The translations under genes were made by a program, and so were the position numbers. Positions 1 to 9,400 of a DNA stretch of 64,000 nt are shown here, in pieces. The stretch lies in IMG/VR virus record IMGVR_UViG_3300008111_000022; one strand, written 5' to 3'. The notes under the pieces were generated by a model, which saw only the letters and a program-made list of their open reading frames with translations, was not told the DNA's origin and ran no database searches. This stretch comes from an uncultured virus (IMG/VR IMGVR_UViG_3300008111_000022). Its lineage: Duplodnaviria; Heunggongvirae; Uroviricota; Caudoviricetes. Each line of letters starts with the position of its first letter. The stretch's first letter is position 1.

Positions 1-432
1 CTTACCACAGTGTAACCAGTTAGATGGGAACATTATAGCACTATTTGGCATTGGATGTATAGTGCTTATCACACCATCAGGATCAAGAATGACCGTTTCA
101 CCACCCCAGGATAAATTCCAATTTCTCATTGGGTAATAAAGAAAAGTATATGCATTATCATCTTGATCATCGATATGGAATTCACCATCCAACCCAAATG
201 TTTGACCATTTGCATAGACTCTCTCAATAGAAAGATCTTCACCAATATGAGTTTTGATTTTTGAGAATAGATCCTCAGTGAAAAAAGAATGATCCTCTAG
301 ATTCATGTACCAGAAAAAATTCTTAGAGTCTGGATTACTCAAGTGCCAGAACTCCCAATTAGGTTGGGTCAAATAATTCCAAATATTATCTACTTGCTTT
401 TTATCAAATATATCAAGGTATTGACTAATCAC
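1..432 (-). CDS. 2OG-Fe(II) oxygenase (3' end truncated by window edge)
   Basis: Manual translation from GTG at 432 gives ...RVYANGQTFGLDGEFHIDD...YTFLYYP...WGGET...PNSAIMFPSNWLHCG, with the HxD...H facial triad and WGGE motif. Not in the ORF track. Confidence 0.85.
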   Translation of the reverse strand, partial: MISQYLDIFDKKQVDNIWNYLTQPNWEFWHLSNPDSKNFFWYMNLEDHSFFTEDLFSKIKTHIGEDLSIERVYANGQTFGLDGEFHIDDQDDNAYTFLYYPMRNWNLSWGGETVILDPDGVISTIHPMPNSAIMFPSNWLHCGK

Positions 433-745
433 GTTGTCTCCAATCATCTGGTTTATCTTCTGCCCACCAGTCTACCATATCATCGACACTTTCAAAACTT
501 CTTTTACCGAAACGTTCGTGTCCAGTGCCACCGATGTCAAGTTGATTCAAAAAATCGTCTAGATCTCCTTCTTGCATATCAGGATTTTCTGCTTTTCTTC
601 TTGCCTGACGAAGTATTGTTGCTGCTGATCGATTTACTTTGGCAAGTTTTTCTGCCCAAATCATATCTTCTAAACTTACTTCTTTACCCCCTACAATGTT
701 TTCACATATTGATTCAAGACGTAGGCGATATTGTGTCGAAAGCAT
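425..745 (-). CDS. hypothetical protein (cyanophage-type)
   Basis: 106 aa ORF, tightly packed in the minus-strand operon. Confidence 0.75.
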   Translation of the reverse strand: MLSTQYRLRLESICENIVGGKEVSLEDMIWAEKLAKVNRSAATILRQARRKAENPDMQEGDLDDFLNQLDIGGTGHERFGKRSFESVDDMVDWWAEDKPDDWRQRD

Positions 746-764
746 ATCATTCTCCAGATATAAC

Positions 765-1004
765 TTATTTATTTTTGGATTCTAACTCCTTCATCAACTC
801 TTTGGCAAGTCTATTTGATCTTCTCCACATAGAATATCTTGCCCATGGTGTTTTTGGATTATGAATTGCCCACCAACGAAAGATTGCAAATTGATTCTGT
901 ATAATTTTTGTAATATAAAAGAATGCTTTTGCAATACTTTCGTCTGTGACAATCAAATAGGCGACACAGGAAAAGATAATCAGATAGACATACTGTGTGG
1001 TCAT
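765..1004 (-). CDS. hypothetical protein with N-terminal hydrophobic segment
   Basis: 79 aa ORF, ATGA overlap with the upstream ORF. Confidence 0.65.
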   Translation of the reverse strand: MTTQYVYLIIFSCVAYLIVTDESIAKAFFYITKIIQNQFAIFRWWAIHNPKTPWARYSMWRRSNRLAKELMKELESKNK

Positions 1005-1171
1005 CGCCTTATTGTTTTGAGGTATTCCAGAACATGCTCACGAACATCCATCAGTTCATTATAGCACTTCTGGTTGTGAGCACATTGCCTTAGTTCATGG
1101 TCTGGTTTGTGTACACTTTCGATAAACAAGTCCAATCCTCGATTCCACTTAACGTCAGGTGTTTCGTCCAT
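1001..1171 (-). CDS. small hypothetical protein
   Basis: Manual translation MDETPDVKWNRGLDLFIESVHKPDHELRQCAHNQKCYNELMDVREHVLEYLKTIRR; fills the operon gap. Confidence 0.7.
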   Translation of the reverse strand: MDETPDVKWNRGLDLFIESVHKPDHELRQCAHNQKCYNELMDVREHVLEYLKTIRR

Positions 1172-1194
1172 AATCTACAATGTGATTGTACTAT

Positions 1195-1428
1195 TTAACC
1201 AAAAAATTGATCGACAGTTGTACTTGCTTTTTTAGATGCCTTAATCTGCTTTAGGATATAAGATTTGGCAGCCGTGTAATTACTAGCAGTATGAACTTGC
1301 TGCCCATTATGAATGATAATGAATTTTTTACCCGTCCAAGGGACAGCAGCCCACATACCATCTTTGGTTACATAACCATTAGGATCTCCAGGTACATTAT
1401 TCAAAATGCCTTCGTTTTGAATGTTCAT
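1195..1428 (-). CDS. hypothetical protein
   Basis: 77 aa ORF, ATGA overlap with the upstream ORF. Confidence 0.7.
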   Translation of the reverse strand: MNIQNEGILNNVPGDPNGYVTKDGMWAAVPWTGKKFIIIHNGQQVHTASNYTAAKSYILKQIKASKKASTTVDQFFG

Positions 1429-1562
1429 ACCGCAGTCACACTGACAACTTTAGCAGTTGGATTTCGTGCCAGAGCAGTACGCTTAGCATCCTGATAATCC
1501 CGTGCTTCGACGTGCTCATAGAACACTTTACCAGCAACATACAATTCAACTTTGCAACGCAT
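1425..1562 (-). CDS. small hypothetical protein
   Basis: Manual translation MRCKVELYVAGKVFYEHVEARDYQDAKRTALARNPTAKVVSVTAV; preceded by an AAGGAG RBS. Confidence 0.7.
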   Translation of the reverse strand: MRCKVELYVAGKVFYEHVEARDYQDAKRTALARNPTAKVVSVTAV

Positions 1563-1579
1563 TGGTTTTCTCCTTAATA

Positions 1580-2137
1580 TCAAAAATTGAGATGATTATC
1601 GATTGCAGATTGAATCTGCTCAGAAAGTTGTGTTGGGGGAAGAATGGGAGTTACTTCACCGATGTCACACTTGTAGTAATCACCAAGACCAAACTTGGCA
1701 AACACTCCATCACCATCAGCAAAATAACGACTCCGTGCCACATCATCCTCAACAACAATGACTTGATAAGTCGTGAGGCATAGAACGATTGCAACGTCGA
1801 AGGTTTGATCGTTCTTGAAGTCTTCCAGAGTCTTTTTGTTACCCTGAAAGTTCTTCATCTTTATGACTTGAGTTTGGTGTGGTGTGCGTTTGTAGAACAG
1901 ATTTTGACGCATTTTCAATTCTACTTTCAAACCACCATACACAAAGTCATATCCAATTTGATCAACACGTTCCAAGTCAGAAAACTTGGCAAGTGCCTTT
2001 TCAATTGTAGTTGATTTTGTAAAGTTGTCTGCCCTAGAGGTGAATCCAGAATCATCGTAGGTAGAACGAACAACTCCAAAAACTTTGTTCCAGTTGACAC
2101 CTGTTTCTAGGTGATCAATGAGATTTGCGATTGTCAT
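1580..2137 (-). CDS. putative PD-(D/E)XK nuclease-like protein
   Basis: Motif E...GYDFVYGGLKVELK. Start moved to ATG 2137 because the TTG at 2200 is the -35 box of a promoter. Confidence 0.5.
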   Translation of the reverse strand: MTIANLIDHLETGVNWNKVFGVVRSTYDDSGFTSRADNFTKSTTIEKALAKFSDLERVDQIGYDFVYGGLKVELKMRQNLFYKRTPHQTQVIKMKNFQGNKKTLEDFKNDQTFDVAIVLCLTTYQVIVVEDDVARSRYFADGDGVFAKFGLGDYYKCDIGEVTPILPPTQLSEQIQSAIDNHLNF

Positions 2138-2171
2138 AATTGAACTAACTCTGTTAGTATCGAACGGGTCT

Positions 2172-2200
2172 ATTATAAAAGAAAGTGGTTGGTTTGTCAA
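2172..2200 (-). promoter_or_regulatory. sigma70-type early promoter
   Basis: TTGACA-N17-TATAAT, exact consensus. Confidence 0.85.
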
Positions 2201-2204
2201 GGGG

Positions 2205-3440
2205 TCACCGACGAACGATGCTCACTGCCACGTCACCCTGCTTGAAGATGATGTCAACCACGTTCTGAACGGACTTGGCAGTGGCACCAGATGCCTTGTC
2301 AAAGGTCGGGCAGATCACCAGACCATAGGATTTGGTGTACGATGCCAGATCACCTGCCTGAAGGGCACCAGAACGGATTCCAGCAGCATCTGAGGGGTGC
2401 AGACGCAGTGTACGTCCGACCGTCTGACCGATGCCCACAACGTCCATAGAACGCATGAATACAACTGCCTCCAGTGCCGAAATGTTGATGCCTTCGGCAA
2501 GGATACTATGATGAAGAACCACAAACTTCTTGTCAGCATCCTTACCCCATGCATTCAGAGTGTCAAAGAACACCTCACGGTTGACCTTCTGACCATCAAT
2601 GAATGCACCGTGCTTAGCAGTAATGTGCATCACAGAATAACCCTCTTCGGCAAGTTGATCGGCAAAGTCAGTTTGAGACAGCAAACCAATAATGTGCTTG
2701 GTTGCCTTCGCACAAATCAGAATCTTGTTGACAGGATTCTCAGAAATCACCTGCAGCAGATACTCACAGTCACGTTGAGCAATATCCTCACCCTTGACAG
2801 ACAGACGCATTTGAGTTGCAATCACCTTAGGAGGAATGATATAACCATTCTCCACCAGTTCGGGTGCAGGAACCTTAGCAATGATGCTACCGTAGACTGC
2901 AGTATCATTCATACCAGGTTTAGAAATCGTGGCAGAATACTTCGGAGTTGCAGTAAAAAAGTAGCAACGATTTGCTTCCTGAGAGAAGTGCTCAACAGCA
3001 GGAAAGAAATCACGACGAACAGAATTGTGTGCTTCATCAAAATAAATGGTATTCACATTGATGTCTGCCTTGGCAATCTGCTGCAGAGAATTGTAGGTCG
3101 TAAAGATCAGTTTGTGACCTTGAGTTTGCTCTACCCAAGTACGAATCACATTCGGACGAGTGCTGCTGAAGTGGTGCGTCTCACCAGTGTGCACGTGCAG
3201 AACACGGGCATTGGTGATAAACTCAAGATACTCGGAAGAAAGTTGCTCTGCCAGAAGAATGCGTGGTGCCACAACTACAATCGTCTGAGCAGTTTCTTTC
3301 AGAAACTCTTGAATCGCATCGAAAATACCCACATTGGTCTTCCCACCACCAGTCGGAAACACACAGATACCCTTGTCATTCTGACGCAGTGCATCCAGAG
3401 CAATCTGCTGGTGAGGTCGGAGTTGAATCACAGGTCTCAT
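2205..3440 (-). CDS. SF2 DEAH-box helicase (type III restriction Res-like family)
   Basis: LRPHQ Q-motif, PTGGGKT Walker A, FDEAH, TATP, EGINI, QTVGRTLR. Confidence 0.9.
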   Translation of the reverse strand: MRPVIQLRPHQQIALDALRQNDKGICVFPTGGGKTNVGIFDAIQEFLKETAQTIVVVAPRILLAEQLSSEYLEFITNARVLHVHTGETHHFSSTRPNVIRTWVEQTQGHKLIFTTYNSLQQIAKADINVNTIYFDEAHNSVRRDFFPAVEHFSQEANRCYFFTATPKYSATISKPGMNDTAVYGSIIAKVPAPELVENGYIIPPKVIATQMRLSVKGEDIAQRDCEYLLQVISENPVNKILICAKATKHIIGLLSQTDFADQLAEEGYSVMHITAKHGAFIDGQKVNREVFFDTLNAWGKDADKKFVVLHHSILAEGINISALEAVVFMRSMDVVGIGQTVGRTLRLHPSDAAGIRSGALQAGDLASYTKSYGLVICPTFDKASGATAKSVQNVVDIIFKQGDVAVSIVRR

Positions 3441-3453
3441 TGCGTATGAAACT

Positions 3454-3496
3454 ATTATAGCAGAAAACCGTCCCTGGTGCGACCCAGTGGACGGTT
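3454..3496 (-). promoter_or_regulatory. extended -10 promoter (TGnTATAAT) with an inverted repeat over the -35 region
   Basis: TGCTATAAT at 3454-3462; inverted repeat AACCGTCC(A)CTGG...CCAGGGACGGTT at 3466-3496. Confidence 0.55.
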
Positions 3497-3538
3497 CTTA
3501 AAGTGGCTCAGACTCTCATCTTCAACCAGGACAAAGGT

Positions 3539-3567
3539 AGTCTATAGGGTTTTTATGAAGTTGTCAA
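3539..3567 (-). promoter_or_regulatory. sigma70-type promoter
   Basis: TTGACA-N17-TAGACT. Confidence 0.65.
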
Positions 3568-3570
3568 GTG

Positions 3571-6438
3571 TTATACTGCGGTTGTAATACCGAACCAGTT
3601 ACCTTTTAGTCTGACTTCTAATCTGTCTGTTGTTGAATTATAAATGATTGCTCCACTCTGAATACCAGCAGTTGTCATAGTATTACGTTGAGTGGTTGTC
3701 ATTGTTGGTGGAACAAATGCGCCAAATCCACTGTGATTATTTGTATATGTCGCAACACCACAGAAAGTTGTTGCAGCAACAGCAACTTTTAACTGAGATG
3801 CAGTTATGTCATAAACAATTCCACCAGATGTAAGTCCATCTGGTGTTGCTAAGTTTGCTCTAGCATGTCCTGCCCAATTTCCAGCACTAGGACCAGCAAC
3901 ATTAGGGTTCCACAATTGACTTACATAGTAAATATCTGACGTTGATAATCTTGGTGGTATAAAGTAAGAGCTATTTGCACTATTGCCATATCCAACATCA
4001 AATGTAGATCTAATGTATAGTGTATTAAATCCAACTTTACATAGATTATTATTGATAAATTGTAGACCCATTCCAATATTTTGTGCTCCAGTTAAACCTG
4101 GCCAATTTCCTGTTTCACTAGATGCAAGTGAAGGATGAACTGCAATATAATCTTGAGAAATGATGTTAATGCCACCAGATCTTATTTGTATATCACCATA
4201 ACCAGAGAATGGGAGAATGCCATTATTTGGAATAGTTGTTTGATAGTTTGCTAATAAAGTTTGATTTCTAGGATCAAAAAATCCTGTCGTTACACCAGCA
4301 ACATAATCATAATAAATTTTTGACGTAGCAAATCCAAGATCGGCATTTCTTAAAGTTGCTGGGCTGTAAATGTTTAATGGACTTGCAAAACCAGATGTTC
4401 CAATATTAACTCCACCAAAGAATGTAGTAATACCAATAAAAGATGAGACACCAGTTGCATTAAATGTACTTGTAACTTTTAACTGATTAAATGTTGATAA
4501 TCCAGATTGAGTGTTAAAGTTTTGAGTTGTTGAGAATGTAGATAAACCAGTAACTGTGATGTTAGAGAATGTTGAAAGACCTGCATTTATACCAGCATCT
4601 AAGTCTAATCTACCTCTAATTTTGGTATTACCATTCACCATCAATGAATATTGAGTGTCTGTTAATAATGGAACACTTTCATTGATAGACACTCTGCCGT
4701 CATAATTTAGATTTAATAATACTTTCGCATCAGAACCAGTTTTGAAGAAATATCCTCCAGTTTGAGTTCCAACTACAGCACCATTTCCTTTGTGAGTATG
4801 GAAATTAACTTCCCCAGAACCGTTATTATCAAGGTCTAAAACTTGTGTAAGTGGATTATATCTAATTCTCGCAGTGTTATTTCCACCCAATGCTTGTGAA
4901 CCAAGACCGATATTTGCACTTCCTTGTTTAGAAATAACTTCTAATGTGGTTGTAGCATCTTTTACGATTGCAAAATCAGAGGTAAAGGTATCAGTTCCGA
5001 CTCCAAGAGTTTCTACTCTAATCTTGTTTAGAGTCGTTATACCAACAGATCGATTAAGGTTAGAAGTAATTAAATCTGGTAATCTCGCATCATTAATTGT
5101 TCCAGTTGTAATATTTGCACCATCGTAAAGATTTAAGGCAGTAGTTGCAATACCAACTAATCTTCCATCAAATCGTATTGCAGTTACAATGCCACTACTA
5201 CCATTTAATGATATGGCATTACCTACGTCAAGTTCTGCACTAATCGTTGTAAATCCAGTAACATTTAACTGCTGAGTTGTAGTTACACCTGAGATTTGAG
5301 CATTATTTGCTACTCTAATATTTCCTAATGTATCAATAAAGAATAATTCATTATCAGAACCTGAAAAATAATTTGAGAAGTAGTAAGAAGATGTACCACT
5401 TACACCTGCTCTAAAATATTGAGTAGTCCCTACTTGTTGAATGTTTCCTGTATTATTAAATTGTATTTGACCTGGTGTAATATAAGTTCTTGATGTACTA
5501 CTTAAAACATCAACTGAACCAGCATTTCCTGCAGATGAACTACCAAAAATTCCAGCTGGTGCTGCTCCAGTAACAGTTAATGCATTGGATTCAAGTCTTC
5601 CAAAAACTGTTGCACCATAACCTGTGGTTTCAAATTCTTTGCTATTATCATAATATAGTGCAACTGATCCATCTTGAGTGATTGTAATTGCAGTTTCTGC
5701 GGCAAATCCAGATGCTCCAGTAGCAAAAGTATAATCTTTGGCACGAATATAAAAATCAGTATTTGTTCCACTAAACTCATTACGGGTGGAACCGGAATTA
5801 TAGTATAATTTTGCTGTCTGGGATGAACCACCAAGTATTAAACCCGTAGATGCAAGATTATATTCACCTAAAATAACATCACTTTGGAAAGTAGAAAGAC
5901 CCGTTACTGTTAAGTTTGTTGCACCAATTCCACCTCTAACATCTAATGTTCTTGTCGTAACTGTTGTACCAATACCAACATTACCGTTAAAACCAATCAA
6001 AAATGCAGTTGAACCAACACCAACTTGTAAAGGACCCAATGAAACGGGTAAAACTCCATCAGTAAAAGGCCCTTGATAAATGTTAAATGATGTTGAGAGT
6101 GTTCCAGCATTTTTTACCCAACCATCAGTGGCAATCGCAATGACATTTGCTAGTAAAGCACCATCACCACGGTAGGAAACTGCACTAATAATTCCAGTCG
6201 TTGGGTTAAAAAATACACTACTCCCAACAGTAACTAAAGATTGAAATGTAGATGCCGATGATACTCTTAGTAATGTTGATTCTAGTAATCCATTAACTCT
6301 CGCAGTACCATAAACATCTAGGGGTCTGTTTGGTGCCGACGTTCCGACACCAACATTTCCTCTTCCATCTACAAGGAACTTATCATTATCAACCTGTACA
6401 CCACTTCTGAAATTAAAAGACTTCCTATAATTTGCCAT
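3571..6438 (-). CDS. virion structural / tail fibre-like protein
   Basis: 955 aa, Gly/Thr/Ser-rich, GNVGIGT repeats, C-terminal TTTQRN...GAIIYNSTT motif. Confidence 0.75.
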   Translation of the reverse strand: MANYRKSFNFRSGVQVDNDKFLVDGRGNVGVGTSAPNRPLDVYGTARVNGLLESTLLRVSSASTFQSLVTVGSSVFFNPTTGIISAVSYRGDGALLANVIAIATDGWVKNAGTLSTSFNIYQGPFTDGVLPVSLGPLQVGVGSTAFLIGFNGNVGIGTTVTTRTLDVRGGIGATNLTVTGLSTFQSDVILGEYNLASTGLILGGSSQTAKLYYNSGSTRNEFSGTNTDFYIRAKDYTFATGASGFAAETAITITQDGSVALYYDNSKEFETTGYGATVFGRLESNALTVTGAAPAGIFGSSSAGNAGSVDVLSSTSRTYITPGQIQFNNTGNIQQVGTTQYFRAGVSGTSSYYFSNYFSGSDNELFFIDTLGNIRVANNAQISGVTTTQQLNVTGFTTISAELDVGNAISLNGSSGIVTAIRFDGRLVGIATTALNLYDGANITTGTINDARLPDLITSNLNRSVGITTLNKIRVETLGVGTDTFTSDFAIVKDATTTLEVISKQGSANIGLGSQALGGNNTARIRYNPLTQVLDLDNNGSGEVNFHTHKGNGAVVGTQTGGYFFKTGSDAKVLLNLNYDGRVSINESVPLLTDTQYSLMVNGNTKIRGRLDLDAGINAGLSTFSNITVTGLSTFSTTQNFNTQSGLSTFNQLKVTSTFNATGVSSFIGITTFFGGVNIGTSGFASPLNIYSPATLRNADLGFATSKIYYDYVAGVTTGFFDPRNQTLLANYQTTIPNNGILPFSGYGDIQIRSGGINIISQDYIAVHPSLASSETGNWPGLTGAQNIGMGLQFINNNLCKVGFNTLYIRSTFDVGYGNSANSSYFIPPRLSTSDIYYVSQLWNPNVAGPSAGNWAGHARANLATPDGLTSGGIVYDITASQLKVAVAATTFCGVATYTNNHSGFGAFVPPTMTTTQRNTMTTAGIQSGAIIYNSTTDRLEVRLKGNWFGITTAV

Positions 6439-6454
6439 CTTCTATGGTTTTTAG

Positions 6455-9400
6455 TTATTTATCTTGTAATTTTTGCTCTAGTTTTTCAACCTTTGCAGTT
6501 AACTCTTTAATTGATTCAATAAGAAGTGGAACTAACTTATGGTAATCAACTGCAAGATAACCATTATCTCTTTCAATCACCGCTTCTGGTAGAACTGCTT
6601 GAATCTCTTGTGCGATTACACCAACATCATTACCTTCTTTGCCAGATTGTTCGTTCCAAGTATAAGTATTACCACTAATTGAGATAACTTTAGCAAGAGG
6701 ATCATTAATTGGAGTAATGTTATCCTTTAATCTTTGGTCAGAAGTATAGAATGCTGTAATATCACCAGTTACTCTTAATTCACCGTCAACAGTTGCAACA
6801 GAACTGGTCATTGTCAAGATATCATTATATGTTCCACCAGAATCTTTAACATTGAATGCTATTGATCCACTATTTGTGGTGTTGTAAATACCAAATATTC
6901 CATCACCACCACCATTACTACCAATATCACCAACACCAATTCCAGTAGTTGTGTGAGTTAAACTTAAACTATCTGCAGCAAGTGATCCAGCAATTAATGC
7001 AGTTCCTTGAACGTGTAATTTATTATTAATAGTTGCGGTTCCAATACCAAGATCACCATCACCATCGAGGATCATTTGATCCACATTATTCATTCTGAAT
7101 CTAATATTTTTAGTAGATGGTCTATTAATATAGAGATCAGTATCACCTACTCTTGAAATGAAATTATAATCATTATCAGAAGTGCTGCCATTTAAAGTAA
7201 TACCATTATATCCAGCATAAACCTCACCGATTCTGACAAATCCCAATCCACCTTTAACATCTAATTGTTCTTGTGGGGATGTTGATCCCACACCGACATT
7301 ACCACCACCTGTAATTGTGATAGTAGGATCTGTAGTATCTTGGTGACGAGCAGTAAGTTGAAGTTTATTGTCTGCTGTAGTTCCGTCTGCTCCAGCATCA
7401 AAGTAAATTGAACCTTTGTTTCCGATACTACCATTATCAGATCTTGCCATAAATGACAGAGATGCTGGTTCACCAACACTAATGTTTTCAATTAAACCAA
7501 TTTCATCATTGGCAATATGAGTATGTGCGGCAAAGATGTGGAATCTCTTTGTTGGATTCGTGGTTCCGATGCCAACATTTTGATTAATAATTAGATTCTT
7601 AGAAATTGCGGCGCCACCAGCAACACTTAAAGCAGAAGATGTGCTTCCAAAACCAACTGCCTGATTAGTGCTAGTTGAGTTAATAACACCAAATGTTACG
7701 TTATTTGCAACTAAATTATTGGCAGTTAATGTGCCACCAATACTTACATTCTTTGCAATACCAACACCACCTGTAACCACCAAAGCACCACTGGTAGTAG
7801 AAGTAGAATCAGTTTCATCTCTAACTGTAAGAAGGTGTCTGATTAAGACTGGTGCAGTAAAGTTAGTTTCCCCATTAATGTTAAGTGGTCCATCAAATTG
7901 AGAAAGAACGGTATTTGAACTACCACCTTCAACAACAATTCTTTCTTTTACAGTAACTTCATCAAATACAACACTTAATCTTGATGCATTTTCACCAGTA
8001 ATTGTTGGTGTTGGAATATCATAAGTAACAATTACCCCACTTGCAGCAGATGACTTAGAGTTTCCTTGGAAAGAGTCACCTCTGTTGTTCATACCAGTAT
8101 AAACAACAATACCACCTCTCTTCTCCTGAGATTGTGCAAGGAATTCTTCTCTTTCGGATAGAGATCTAATTTGAACTTGTGGTAAACCTGTTGAGTAGTT
8201 TCCAGGTCCATAACCAAGATATTCAAATGTATGACCCGAAGCTCTCATTGTCGTGGGTCTACGAATCTCCAGAGGAACTGGATCGATTTTTCTAATAATT
8301 GATCCAACATCATGAGATACTTTTCTCGTAGCAAGAGAACCACGTAGAACCGTAATTTCATCATTATTTGTTCCACCAAGAGTGTTACTTGCCACTCTCA
8401 TGATTTCATCATCAATTTGAATGTAAGACCCGTAAGAGAATCTTGATGTCGTTCCTATTCCAGGGGAAGGTACACTAATTCTAATTCTTGTGTCATCAGT
8501 AAATCCAACAACATAAGCTACCTCCTTATCAAGAATGAAGGTTGATCTTGTGCTTAGATTTTCTAGTGTTGAGTCTGATGAACCATCATTTGATGCAAAA
8601 CCATGCTTTAATGCAAACGATGCCGTAGTAATTCCTGAAGTAAGAACATTAAATGTGTTGACACCAACTCTTGAATTGACAAAATAGTCTCCAAGATTAT
8701 TATTACTGCTATCAAGAAGTCTAATCTTATTCCCTGCTACCAGACCATGAGCAGATGAACAAGTAAACGTTGTGATTCCTGCACTTGCATTTGATGCTAA
8801 TGAAGTTATCGAAGCAGAAAGACCAGTTAATAGTAAATATTGACCGACTAATGGGGTTGGATCTCCAGCAGTTCTGGCAATTGCAATTCTATTTGGTGCT
8901 GGAATACTGGTGATGCGATAATAACCATCTGCGGTAGTGCCAATACCAGTTGTTTGAATGACTTGTCCTAATGATGTTGAAATTCCACCAGCAGTAAGAT
9001 CCAACGATACATTAGTTTGAGCACCATTATTACCAATTACACTTTCATCTAATTGATATGTTCCAGTTGTATATCCTGAACCAGGGTTAGTAATTTGAAC
9101 GGAAGATACATTTGTGCTGCTGTTAACAACAACGGTTGCAGTTGCACCTTGCCAAGTATTTGTTATAGTACCATCTTTTAGAACCTTAACGTTGTAATAT
9201 GTTCCGGTTTGATACCCAACACCACCAGTAGTAATGCCAACAGAAATAATACCACCAAATCCATGGTTTCTATCAAAACTTAAAGTCGCAATTCCAGTAG
9301 AACTTGTAACAGTGGTAATACCTAAACCAAATCCAAAAGACTTAGCAAACTTATCAGTTGTTTCTCTAGTTAAACTATGCTTTTGATCATTTGTAACAAC

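Noticed and set aside
343..864. 173-aa plus-strand ORF
   Set aside because: Overlaps three coherent minus-strand genes; composition is typical of a shadow ORF
2138..2200. N-terminal extension of the 206-aa ORF
   Set aside because: The TTG start is the -35 hexamer of a consensus promoter
2397..3449. 350-aa plus-strand ORF
   Set aside because: Antisense shadow of the helicase with no recognisable motifs
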